DNA of 64,000 nt from Oceanispirochaeta sp. Lineage in GTDB: Bacteria; Spirochaetota; Spirochaetia; DSM-2461. Location of the stretch: positions 576,001 to 640,000 of the forward strand of contig CAXXXD010000002.1 in assembly GCA_963663385.2 (NCBI GenBank), given 5' to 3'. Made by a program: the position numbers and the translations under genes. This document shows positions 28,362 through 37,498 of this stretch, in pieces (position 1 is the stretch's first letter; each line of letters starts with the position of its first letter). The notes beneath the pieces were generated by a model. The model was not told the origin of the DNA. It was given only the letters and a program-made list of their open reading frames with translations, and ran no database searches.

Positions 28362-29363
28362 CTAGTTTTCCAGGAATGACTGAATTTCTGCCCAGAGACC
28401 GGCATCCCATTCCCCATCGGCTTCCGCCTGGATCATTGTGCCGGGATAAACCTGATCTCTGAAAGCATCCTTGTCGATCCGGTGAACAACAACCCCTTCC
28501 TCTTCCATGAGGCTGATGTATTTGTCCTGCAGGTTGTTGTTTTCAACGATAAACCAGGCGTCCACTTCGTCCCATGTTTTTCTGATCATCTCTTTATTCT
28601 CATCACTCAGAGACTGCCACCAGGCATCGTTGACAATGAAACCGGTAATGTCGTAGCTGTGATCAGTAATTACGAGGTGTTTGGCCGATTCGTGCCATTT
28701 CATGTTGTACAGGGATTCCACATGGTTTTCAGCCCCGTCCACAACGCCCTGTTTCAGAGCCAGATAAGTTTCACTGAATGCTACGGGAGTGGGGGCAACA
28801 CCCAGGGCTTTAAAGCTTTCGATGTAGGAGTAGCATTCGGGAACCCTGAGTTTTACCCCGTTCAGGTCGCTCAGATCGGAGACCGGTTCGGATACGAGGA
28901 TCTGACGGGGGAGACGGGTCCAGCCGGCAGTAACAAAGCGGATTCCGTGTTTCGCAGCCAGCTTATCGTTCAGTTTCCCAAGAGCCGTGGATTCCGCGAT
29001 CAGCTTGGCCTGTTCATTGGAACCGGCTGTGAAGGGGAAGTCTGTCAGGGAGAATCCCGTGTCGAACTGGGCCAGCCAGCTGATTGATCCTCTGAAGGCT
29101 TCCAGAGTACCTGATTTGACCAGTTCCAGCTGTTTGTTGGCACTTCCCATCTGGGAAGCATGGAAGCATTTCACATCGATAGCACCCTGGCTTTTATCTT
29201 CGATCAGCTCTTCGTAGCGGTCCATGGCAACAGCTCCGAGGTTGGCTACGTTTTCAATGTCTCCGACCCTCATGGTAACGGAACCGCTTTCATCCTGCTG
29301 ACCATTGGCGAACAGCACCAGGCTTGTCAGCAGCACCAGAAACAGGGATAAGGCTTTTTTCAT
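28362..29363 (-). CDS. dctP: TRAP transporter substrate-binding protein
   Basis: 'DLNGVKLRVP' (conserved Arg), 'PTPVAFSETYLALKQGVVDGAEN'. Start taken at ATG 29363, after AGGAG; signal peptide ends 'LFANG'. Confidence 0.93.
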   Translation of the reverse strand: MKKALSLFLVLLTSLVLFANGQQDESGSVTMRVGDIENVANLGAVAMDRYEELIEDKSQGAIDVKCFHASQMGSANKQLELVKSGTLEAFRGSISWLAQFDTGFSLTDFPFTAGSNEQAKLIAESTALGKLNDKLAAKHGIRFVTAGWTRLPRQILVSEPVSDLSDLNGVKLRVPECYSYIESFKALGVAPTPVAFSETYLALKQGVVDGAENHVESLYNMKWHESAKHLVITDHSYDITGFIVNDAWWQSLSDENKEMIRKTWDEVDAWFIVENNNLQDKYISLMEEEGVVVHRIDKDAFRDQVYPGTMIQAEADGEWDAGLWAEIQSFLEN

Positions 29364-29753
29364 ACTCAACTCCTTTTTGAAAGACCTTTTTATGTTTCGA
29401 ATTAGATTTTAATAATTGAAACTATAATTCATGATACATCACTTTTGTGGCTTGTCAACAGAAAAAAGCTGTTCCCCAATGTGACCCCCACATTCTGATT
29501 TGAGGGCATCAATACCGGTATCTGAATTGAAAATATTTTATAAAACATTTATATGTAAAGAAATAATATATGTAAGGCTGTTTTGTCTATTACAGGAGGA
29601 AAACCTGATCGGCAAATATTGTAAAGTTAATTCATTAAAGATAAAATTATGAAAAAGTTTCTGGAATAGAAATATAATGACTGTTTTTTCATATAATACA
29701 TATTTCAATAATTTTAATTATTAAAATGAACGTTTTGATAATTGGAATATTGA

Positions 29754-29921
29754 GACAGAGCTGGAATGGCAGGAAAATCCTATATGACCTGCACCGGCTC
29801 CATAAGCGCCGTAACTTCCGCCGTGGAAGCGGGGATCAGGCATGCAGGAGAGTCCGGACCGGTAATGGCCAGCCGTATCATACCTGCGCCGGATGAGCAA
29901 TTCAAACGTTTACTTATTTAA
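29754..29921 (+). pseudogene. C-terminal remnant of a BMC shell protein (PduT-like)
   Basis: Reads GMAGKSYMTCTGSISAVTSAVEAGIRHAGESGPVMASRIIPAPDEQFKRLLI*, matching the BMC pattern 'G.GGK.Y....G..SAV..AVEAG...VIP.P'. In-frame TGA at 29751; N-terminal part absent. Confidence 0.75.
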
Positions 29922-30034
29922 CCGCCCCTTATTTCCTCTCAATCCTGAATAATACTGGAACATTATCTGAACTTTCCCGGATCTGCATTGTTTACGTTTA
30001 GCCCTCGGGATAGATTGTCTCATGAGGTCCGACT

Positions 30035-30274
30035 ATGGCTGACAAAATGCTGATTATCAATTGGGTTATGATTTTCCTTTCACTTTTTTCTGTTCTGATT
30101 GTAGTGGATACATTTCTGGAGGAGGATTCTCATCATAAGGAGTTGACTGATTCTCCCCTGGAAACCCCGGAATACCAGTTTCTGATAGATATGCTTTTCT
30201 CCGGGGAGCCTGTAGATGATGAAAATGATCTCTCGTCACTTCCCGAGACTCAGGAAAATTCCGCAGCTGATTAA
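30035..30274 (+). CDS. Hypothetical small protein with one TM segment and an acidic tail
   Basis: 79-aa ORF, GAGG SD, hydrophobic N-terminus. Confidence 0.5.
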   Translation: MADKMLIINWVMIFLSLFSVLIVVDTFLEEDSHHKELTDSPLETPEYQFLIDMLFSGEPVDDENDLSSLPETQENSAAD

Positions 30275-30301
30275 TTTATGAAATTTACTCCTCCGTCCCT
30301 C

Positions 30302-30346
30302 TTGCCTCAATAATCCTATTCTTTTAGTATGCCTACCGGTAGGTAT
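30302..30346 (+). promoter_or_regulatory. TetR gene promoter and palindromic operator
   Basis: TTGCCT 30302-30307, 17 bp spacer, TAGTAT 30325-30330. Perfect palindrome CCTACCGGTAGG at 30332-30343 over the predicted +1. Confidence 0.7.
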
Positions 30347-30359
30347 GTATGGAGGGAAT

Positions 30360-30965
30360 ATGGGGAAGGTAAAAACCGGACGTGATGAAATCTGCCGGAA
30401 GGCATTGGAACTGTTTCTGCATAAGGGGTACAGGGAAACCTCGCTTAATGATATAGCAGCCTCCCTTTCAGTTACCAAAGGGGCCCTGTACCATCACTTT
30501 TCGAATAAGCAGGAACTCTACTATCAATCCCTGAAGATCTTTTTTTCTGAAAATACTCCTGTAATCGACTATGGGGAGAAGGGGCTGCGGGAGCTGCTGC
30601 AGGACTTTTTCATGGGGATCTATTCCCGGCGGGAAGAGCTGCAGAAAATGGCCGGTTCGCATGATGATCACGCTATTATCCTGCTGTACTCCTTTCTTTA
30701 TGAAGCGACTCGGGAATTCCCGGAGTTTCAGACGGTTATGGACAGGGGGGATGAAGAGAGACTGAAGGCTCTGTCCCGTTTAATAACCCGCGCCGCAGAA
30801 CAGAGGGAGATCCGGCAGGATCTGGATCCGGAGCTGACGGCATTTGAAATCGAAGTTCTGATGCAGCAGCTTATCTACCTGAGTTTTGTTAACCCCCGCA
30901 TCAAAAAGGATCAGGATCACCTGAACCGTCTGTTTGAGAATTACTGGAAGAGATTTCTTCCATAA
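30360..30965 (+). CDS. TetR/AcrR-family regulator
   Basis: 'ALELFLHKGYRETSLNDIA...VTKGALYHHFSNKQELY'; ATG 30360 follows GGAGGG. Confidence 0.93.
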   Translation: MGKVKTGRDEICRKALELFLHKGYRETSLNDIAASLSVTKGALYHHFSNKQELYYQSLKIFFSENTPVIDYGEKGLRELLQDFFMGIYSRREELQKMAGSHDDHAIILLYSFLYEATREFPEFQTVMDRGDEERLKALSRLITRAAEQREIRQDLDPELTAFEIEVLMQQLIYLSFVNPRIKKDQDHLNRLFENYWKRFLP

Positions 30966-30998
30966 GGGCAAAAAACATATTTAAAACCGGAGGAATCC

Positions 30999-32621
30999 AT
31001 GATTCGGAAAAAATCCCTGCAGGAGCAGGTTATTTATCAGATTTATATCAGGAGCTTTAAAGACAGTGACGGCGACGGTATCGGAGATATCCCCGGAGTG
31101 ATAGAAAAACTGGATTATTTGAAGGATCTGGGGGTCGATATGCTCTGGCTCAGTCCCTTCTGTTCCTCTCCCAATGATGATATGGGATACGATATCTCCG
31201 ATTACCGGAACATTATGAAGGAGTTCGGCAGCATGGGGGATTTTGACAGACTCCTGGCGGAAGCCCATAGGCGGGATATGGGAATTATGATGGATCTGGT
31301 TCTCAATCATACATCCGACGAGCACCCCTGGTTTATGGAATCCCGGAAAGGGAAAGACAATCCCAAACGGGACTACTATATCTGGGCGGATGAACCGAAT
31401 AACTGGGACTCCTATTTCTGCCCCGATGCCTGGGAGTACGATCCGGTGTCCCGTCAGTATTATCTCCATATCTTCGGTGTCAAACAGCCGGATCTCAACT
31501 GGAGAAATCCCGGGCTTCGCCGGGAGATCTTCGATATGGTGGAGTGGTGGCTGAAGAAGGGGGTGGACGGTTTCCGCTTTGATGCCATCCACCTTATCGG
31601 TAAACCTGAAGGTTACCCGGATTATGTCTCTAACAGGGAGGATTCGGAAGAGTTCCTGCAATATCGGAACACCCGGCAGGGCCATGACTATCTTCGGGAG
31701 ATGCACAATACAGTACTCAGCCGTTACGGTAATCCTGTTACTGTTGGGGAAACCGGCGGAACGACACCGGATTCGGCCAGATTCTATGTTGATAAAAGCC
31801 AGAAGGAATTCGATATGATTTTTCACCTGGGATTTCTGGAGGAGAAGAGTACCGTGGAGAGTCAGGCCGCTTTTTTCAGGGAATTCTATTCCAGATGGTA
31901 TAAAAGCCTGTCCATAGACGGATGGGATGCCCTGTTCCTGGGGAATCATGATCTTCCCCGTTTTGTATCCGTTCTGGGGGATGAAGAGAAATACTGGAAG
32001 GAGTCGGCCACCTGCCTGGCAACCATGCTCCTGACCCAGTGGGGAACCCCTTTTCTCTATCAGGGTGATGAGATAGGAATGATTAATGCGGGATTTGACT
32101 CACTGGATCAGTTCCGGGATCCCCACACGACAATCCGGTATACCGAGGCCGAAAGGAAAGGGGAGGATACGGATAAGGTTCTGGCTGATATGATCCTCAA
32201 CGGCCGGGACAACAGCCGGACCCCCATGCAGTGGAACAGTTCCCCCCATGGCGGGTTCTCTACCGGCACTCCCTGGATCGGAATGGCCCGGAAATGGGAG
32301 GATATCAATGTGGAAGCCCAGCAGAATAATCCCGATTCCATTCTAAGCTTCTATAAAAAAGCCATAACCCTGAGGAAGAGTCAAAGGTGCCTGGCTTACG
32401 GCAGTATGCGGATGGAAGAATACGGGGAGGATATTCTGGCTTACCGCCGGGAGTATGAGGGGCAGTCTCTGCTGGTTCTTCTGAATCTGAGTTCCGCAGA
32501 AAGGCCGTTAAGTGAGGATGTCGGATGCGATTCCCGGATTATCCTCTCTAACTATACAGCGGCTCAGGATGGGAACTATACTGTTCTCAGGCCCTGGGAA
32601 GCTCTTGTCCTTGATTGTTGA
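30999..32621 (+). CDS. GH13 alpha-glucosidase (oligo-1,6-glucosidase-like)
   Basis: 'YQIYIRSFKDSDGDGIGD', 'DLVLNHTS', 'QPDLNW', 'DGFRFDA', 'VGE', 'NHD', 'RDNSRTPMQW'. Confidence 0.93.
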   Translation: MIRKKSLQEQVIYQIYIRSFKDSDGDGIGDIPGVIEKLDYLKDLGVDMLWLSPFCSSPNDDMGYDISDYRNIMKEFGSMGDFDRLLAEAHRRDMGIMMDLVLNHTSDEHPWFMESRKGKDNPKRDYYIWADEPNNWDSYFCPDAWEYDPVSRQYYLHIFGVKQPDLNWRNPGLRREIFDMVEWWLKKGVDGFRFDAIHLIGKPEGYPDYVSNREDSEEFLQYRNTRQGHDYLREMHNTVLSRYGNPVTVGETGGTTPDSARFYVDKSQKEFDMIFHLGFLEEKSTVESQAAFFREFYSRWYKSLSIDGWDALFLGNHDLPRFVSVLGDEEKYWKESATCLATMLLTQWGTPFLYQGDEIGMINAGFDSLDQFRDPHTTIRYTEAERKGEDTDKVLADMILNGRDNSRTPMQWNSSPHGGFSTGTPWIGMARKWEDINVEAQQNNPDSILSFYKKAITLRKSQRCLAYGSMRMEEYGEDILAYRREYEGQSLLVLLNLSSAERPLSEDVGCDSRIILSNYTAAQDGNYTVLRPWEALVLDC

Positions 32622-32653
32622 CTTGATTCCGGGGAAGGGAGTAGGCTGCCTTA

Positions 32654-33262
32654 ATGAACAGAAAACCGGGAGGGACCGCTGCCGTTCTGGCCGGAGGAAA
32701 GAGCCTCCGCTTCGGCCGGGATAAATCCTTTGCCGATTGCAGCGGGGTTCCCATTATCGAGTATATTACCCTTCAGTTGAAGGATCTTTTCGATGATGTC
32801 CTGATTATTTCAGGCAGAAAGGATGATTACGGGTATCTGGGATACCCTGTTGTTCCGGACAGGATTCCCGGTATCGGTCCTCTGGGAGGCATACATGCCG
32901 CTCTGAAGGAGGGGGCAGACTCTCCCGTTTTTATTACGGCCTGTGATATGCCCTTTGTATCGAAGTCTCTGGTCTCCCATATGAGGAGTCTCCTGGCAGA
33001 ACACCCTTATGATGCGGTTGCGGCGAAACAGAAAGGTTTTCCCGAACCGCTTCATGCCTTCTACTCGCCGGCTTTGTCCCCCGGAATTGAAGCTTTTGCC
33101 GCCCGGGGAGGAAGAAAAATCTCAGAGTTCCTCCAGTCCTGCGACTGCTGTTATATAGAAGAAGCGACTGTTTCAGAAATCTGCAGCCGGGAGAAATCCC
33201 TCCCATTTTTAAATATCAATACAATGGATGACTTTCTTTTGCTGAAAAGGATTTTATCCTGA
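32654..33262 (+). CDS. mobA: Molybdenum cofactor guanylyltransferase
   Basis: 'LAGGKSLRFGRDK', 'GPLGGI', 'ACDMP', 'EPLHAFY', 'NINT'. Confidence 0.88.
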   Translation: MNRKPGGTAAVLAGGKSLRFGRDKSFADCSGVPIIEYITLQLKDLFDDVLIISGRKDDYGYLGYPVVPDRIPGIGPLGGIHAALKEGADSPVFITACDMPFVSKSLVSHMRSLLAEHPYDAVAAKQKGFPEPLHAFYSPALSPGIEAFAARGGRKISEFLQSCDCCYIEEATVSEICSREKSLPFLNINTMDDFLLLKRILS

Positions 33263-33309
33263 GCTGTTCCGGATTATACTGAACATAAGATCACCTCCAG
33301 GGAGTTATC

Positions 33310-34299
33310 ATGAAAATCGGTATAATCGGCTGCGGAATTATCACCCGGGAAGCTCATGTCCCGGCTATCCTTAAAATGGGAGATAAAATAGATGTTATCG
33401 CCCTATGCAACCGTTCCCTACCCAAAGCGGAAAAAACGGCGGAGCTTCTGAACGATCCGACCCTGCCCCTGTATACGAGCTGGCATACCATGATAGAGAA
33501 GGAGCCGGATCTGGAAGCTGTTCTCGTATCCCTGCCTATTCCCCTGAACTACCCGGTCAGCCGGGATTGTGTTGCCGCCGGTCTGAATGTTCTTTGCGAG
33601 AAGCCAGCCGGGATAAACGGGAGTGAGGCTGAGTTGACCCTTGAACTGAACCGGGATAAGGGGCCTTACTTTATGACGGCCGAGAATTTCCAGTTCCATC
33701 CGGGGATGCTAAAAGCAGTCGAGCTTATTCATGACGATCTTATCGGGGAGCTGCACTCCCTTCAATGGAATGTCTTTCAGTTTATGAAGGTGGATAATAA
33801 ATTCAATCAGACCGAATGGCGGAATCATAATGCCTATCCCGGAGGGTATGTGATGGACGGGGGGGTGCATTTTATCCACGCTCTGCAGATGCTGGCCGGA
33901 CCGGTTATTTCTGTTATCGGCAAAACCGGAAGTATCAATCCCCGCCTGGGAACCATGGATATGGGATTCGCTCTGCTTACCCATAAATCGGGAGCTGTCA
34001 GCTCTCTGAATATGGGCTGGCAGCACGGATCGGAAAAGGAACCCATTAAAATATTCGGAAGAACCGGATCACTTATTATTAAGGAGACAGAAGTTCTTCA
34101 TCTGGATTCCGAAGGCACCGTTACATCCTGCCCTGTGGATGAGGATGATTCTTTTTATGGCGAGTGGCTGGATTTCTATCAGGTTATCACGGATAAAAAG
34201 GAGCCCGAACTGTCCCAGCAGACGGCTGTCAGGGATGTTAAGGTAATTGAGGCTTTAATCCGGTCGCAGGAAGAGGGTGGAGAGGTATTCCTGGATTGA
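33310..34299 (+). CDS. Gfo/Idh/MocA-family NAD(P) oxidoreductase
   Basis: 'KIGIIGCG', 'VLCEKP', 'GG.VMDGGVH'. Confidence 0.92.
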   Translation: MKIGIIGCGIITREAHVPAILKMGDKIDVIALCNRSLPKAEKTAELLNDPTLPLYTSWHTMIEKEPDLEAVLVSLPIPLNYPVSRDCVAAGLNVLCEKPAGINGSEAELTLELNRDKGPYFMTAENFQFHPGMLKAVELIHDDLIGELHSLQWNVFQFMKVDNKFNQTEWRNHNAYPGGYVMDGGVHFIHALQMLAGPVISVIGKTGSINPRLGTMDMGFALLTHKSGAVSSLNMGWQHGSEKEPIKIFGRTGSLIIKETEVLHLDSEGTVTSCPVDEDDSFYGEWLDFYQVITDKKEPELSQQTAVRDVKVIEALIRSQEEGGEVFLD

Positions 34300-34394
34300 C
34301 ATAACCCGTCTATGACAATAGGCATGAAAGCAGGGGACTTATAGATTCACTTTAAGCCGTTCTGACCTTCGGGAAAGAGAAATAATAATTTTGA

Positions 34395-34474
34395 TTGACG
34401 ATTCCGGAAAAGGATAGTATTATTACTTAAACGTTTTCGTAAAGTTTGGATTTCAGTGAGCACACGTGTGCTCA
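34395..34474 (+). promoter_or_regulatory. Phytase promoter, LacI-type operator and a second palindrome
   Basis: TTGACG 34395-34400, 17 bp spacer, TATTAT 34418-34423. ACTTAAACGTTTTCGT at 34425-34440; perfect palindrome TGAGCACACGTGTGCTCA at 34457-34474. Confidence 0.7.
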
Positions 34475-34800
34475 AAAGTGAGATTTTTACTGGTTATTTT
34501 TAATAGTTAAATTTAATATTCTCTTTAAACTATTATTGTGTAAAAACATAGAAGGAGTCTGGTTTCTCTCTGCGATATATATAAGACCAGCAAAAAGCCG
34601 GTATAAAGCAGCTTCGTGAAATTTGCTTTTCCATCCCGTGATCTGAAGAGGTTAATTTATGCAACAGTAAACAAATGTATATTATATGCTTCCCTTTTTA
34701 TTTTCATCCCGAGGATATGCCTGTATCAGCATAGGGTGATACATCGATCAATAGTCATGGTCGAAAAAGATCTTAAATGCACTACTTAAAGGAGATTTGC

Positions 34801-36231
34801 ATGAAAAAAATTACATGGCTGATTTTTCTGATGTTTGTATCAGTATCGGTTTTTGCAACCGGGGTTCAGGATACCGGGAGTATGGAAACAGCGACCAGTG
34901 TCACTGGCCAGGATCTGTATCTGGGATCAAAGGTTCCCTATCCCGGACCGGGTACGGCTGAATTGACACCTCCTCCCGCCGGGTATGAGGCCAATTTTAT
35001 ATACTGGCTGAACAGACATGGTTCAAGGAACCTGTCAGGGTTCAAATATGATAAATCCTGGCTGGATATGATTGCCCTGGCCGAGTCGGAAGGGCAGTTG
35101 AAGGATATGGGCAGGACTGTTAAGGCGGATATCCAGAAAATAGCTGATTATGAAAAAGGAAAATACGGCCTGCTGACCCTGCTGGGGAAAAACGAGCTGT
35201 ATCATATCGGCCAGAGGACAGGCGTTGTTTATAGTGATCTTTTTGACTCGGACAGACCACTGCTTGCCGATGCTACCCGGAAAGAGAGAACTCAAGAGTC
35301 CCGGGACAGTTTCCTGACAGGGCTTCTGACAACGGGATACGAGGGGGAAATTACCTCAACCTACTTTAAAAAAGGGGTGGATCCCTATCTGAGGGCTCTG
35401 GATATTGCTCCTCAATACGATGAATATAAGGAAGAGGGTGACTGGCAGAGAAATATTGAGGCTTTCTCCGAAACGGATGAAGCCAGGGTGATGACCGAAC
35501 GGGTCGTTTCCCAGTTTTTTGAACCGGAGTTTGTGGAGAGGCTGGATAAGGGCGAGTTTGAATTTGTCAGTGAGGAAGATGATACAATAATCAAGAGCCT
35601 GGCAACCGCGACAAACGCTCTGTGGGAAATGTATATCATCCTTCCCGCTCTCAAGGATGACGGTTTTGCCGATGTGGATATGAGCGGGTATTTCAATGAA
35701 AAAGAGCTGCAGTTTTTTGAAAAGGTTCAGAATGCCAAATCATTCTATACAAAAGGCCCCGGAGCTGTTGATGAGGACCCGATTGCCCTCAATATTATGG
35801 CGCCTCTGGCTAAAAGGATGATCAATGAAGTAGACGCTTCCCTGTCGGGAGAATCTCCCTATCTGGGTGTTTTCAGCTTTGCCCATGCGGAAACCGTTGT
35901 TCCCCTTGTCGGTTTTCTGGAAATTGAAGAATCTGCCGTTCCCAGTGACGACATCGCAAAGGCTATTGAGTATTGGGACGTGGCTTATTATGGTCCGATG
36001 GCTGCCAACCTGGAATGGATCGTGTATACCGCAGACGGGAAAGAGCCTCTTGTAAAAATGCTGCTTAATGAAAATGAAACAACATTTGCCAGGTCCATTG
36101 AACCTGTTTCCGGTCCTTACTATAAATGGTCCGATATCCGGGCCTACTATGGTGAAAAGGTTGATAAGCTGGGATTCGGTCTCAATACGACTCTGGAAGA
36201 GAATATTGCAACTCTGGAGACCAGGTACTGA
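34801..36231 (+). CDS. Secreted histidine acid phosphatase, MINPP/phytase-type
   Basis: RHGSR catalytic motif, 'RT..S' arginine, HAE proton-donor motif ('FAHAETV'), 'PMAAN'. Signal peptide; ATG 34801 follows AAGGAG. Confidence 0.85.
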   Translation: MKKITWLIFLMFVSVSVFATGVQDTGSMETATSVTGQDLYLGSKVPYPGPGTAELTPPPAGYEANFIYWLNRHGSRNLSGFKYDKSWLDMIALAESEGQLKDMGRTVKADIQKIADYEKGKYGLLTLLGKNELYHIGQRTGVVYSDLFDSDRPLLADATRKERTQESRDSFLTGLLTTGYEGEITSTYFKKGVDPYLRALDIAPQYDEYKEEGDWQRNIEAFSETDEARVMTERVVSQFFEPEFVERLDKGEFEFVSEEDDTIIKSLATATNALWEMYIILPALKDDGFADVDMSGYFNEKELQFFEKVQNAKSFYTKGPGAVDEDPIALNIMAPLAKRMINEVDASLSGESPYLGVFSFAHAETVVPLVGFLEIEESAVPSDDIAKAIEYWDVAYYGPMAANLEWIVYTADGKEPLVKMLLNENETTFARSIEPVSGPYYKWSDIRAYYGEKVDKLGFGLNTTLEENIATLETRY

Positions 36232-36362
36232 GATCCTCTGCGTCTTTTCAGAGACAGGATTGAACCCCGATCATGGATCATGAGATCCGGTGTGGTTTCT
36301 TTCCCGATTGAGGATTCTGAATAGGGTGAGATAATGAAAAGGGAAGTTTTTTATATTTTTCC

Positions 36363-36413
36363 TTGACGGCACCAGGAATCGCCTGTACTATAACTTAAAC
36401 GTTATAGTACAGG
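36363..36413 (+). promoter_or_regulatory. LacI gene promoter and operator
   Basis: TTGACG 36363-36368, 17 bp spacer, TACTAT 36386-36391. Operator ACTTAAACGTTATAGT at 36393-36408 lies inside a 13-bp inverted repeat (36382-36413). Confidence 0.75.
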
Positions 36414-36420
36414 GAGCCTG

Positions 36421-37428
36421 ATGAGAGTCACCATCAAGGATATTGCAAAAAAAGCGGGTGTTTCCACTGCTGCCGTATCAAAAGCTTTGAATGGCCAGCC
36501 GGATATCGGGGAACGCACAAAAGAGCGGATACTCAGTATCAGCAGGGAACTCGGTTACACTCCGAATATGATTGCCAGGAATCTTGTTACCAAGGGCAAT
36601 AAAACCATTGGTGTTCTGATACCCGATATCTCTACACCGATCTATCCCAGTATTTACAAGGGGATAAATGAAACCGCGGTGAAGTATGGTTATACCCTGC
36701 TTCTCGGCGATACCAAGAGAAGTTTGCAAAGTGAAAGAGATTATATACTGACAATGATGGAGAACAGGGTTTCCGGCCTTCTTGTAAGCCCTGTCAGCAA
36801 CAGTATTGATCATTTGGAGGAGGTTGTAAAAGGACAGATTCCTATCATTTATTTCGGTGGAAAAGTAAATGATTCGATGGAAAATTATATTGGAATCGAT
36901 AACTACCGGGGTGCGATCTTTGCGATGGAACACCTTATGGGGTTAGGGCATCGTGATATCGCTATGCTTTGCGATGATCTGATAACCAAAACCCGACAGG
37001 ACAGGGTGAGCGGCTATAAGTATGTAATGGAAAAAAAACACTGCGAACCCAGGATCCTTGTTAACAGGGACGGTCTGAAAGGACGGGAATGCGGGTATTA
37101 CATCACAAAATCATTGCTGGATGGTGACAGTAAACTGCCAACTGCCATTTTTGCTTTAAATGATCTGATGGCTATTGGTGTTATGGAAGCTTTAAGTGAA
37201 AAAGGAATTCGTGTTCCGGAAGACGTTTCTGTCGTGGGATATGACGATATTTCCTATGCTTCTCTGCCAATGATTGGTTTAACAACAGTCTGGCAGCCAA
37301 AGTTTAAAGTAGGAGAGATGGCAATGGAGCTGCTCTATAACAAGCTGAGAGCCGAGGGCCAGGAAGACAGCAGGAATATTATTCTTGATACGGAGCTTCG
37401 CATCCGGACTTCAACGAAGGCAGTATAA
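36421..37428 (+). CDS. LacI-family transcriptional regulator
   Basis: '[21 protein letters not shown]', '[10 protein letters not shown]', '[12 protein letters not shown]', 'LTTV.QP'. Confidence 0.96.
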   Translation: MRVTIKDIAKKAGVSTAAVSKALNGQPDIGERTKERILSISRELGYTPNMIARNLVTKGNKTIGVLIPDISTPIYPSIYKGINETAVKYGYTLLLGDTKRSLQSERDYILTMMENRVSGLLVSPVSNSIDHLEEVVKGQIPIIYFGGKVNDSMENYIGIDNYRGAIFAMEHLMGLGHRDIAMLCDDLITKTRQDRVSGYKYVMEKKHCEPRILVNRDGLKGRECGYYITKSLLDGDSKLPTAIFALNDLMAIGVMEALSEKGIRVPEDVSVVGYDDISYASLPMIGLTTVWQPKFKVGEMAMELLYNKLRAEGQEDSRNIILDTELRIRTSTKAV

Positions 37429-37444
37429 TTTTTTTTGGAATAAA

Positions 37445-37460
37445 ACTATAACGTTTAAGT
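37445..37460. promoter_or_regulatory. LacI-type operator upstream of the PHP-HAD-ABC operon
   Basis: ACTATAACGTTTAAGT is the exact reverse complement of 36393-36408; TATAAT at 37424-37429. Confidence 0.75.
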
Positions 37461-37498
37461 TTTCTAATTCTATGATTATTGAATGGAGGAGCGTCCCG

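Noticed and set aside
30981..31949. 322-aa minus-strand ORF
   Set aside because: Antisense to the GH13 glucosidase, a common spurious ORF type
33310..34299. myo-inositol dehydrogenase (iolG) as part of the phytase regulon
   Set aside because: It lies upstream of the operator-bearing promoter, no operator copy was seen before it, and family motifs cannot give the substrate
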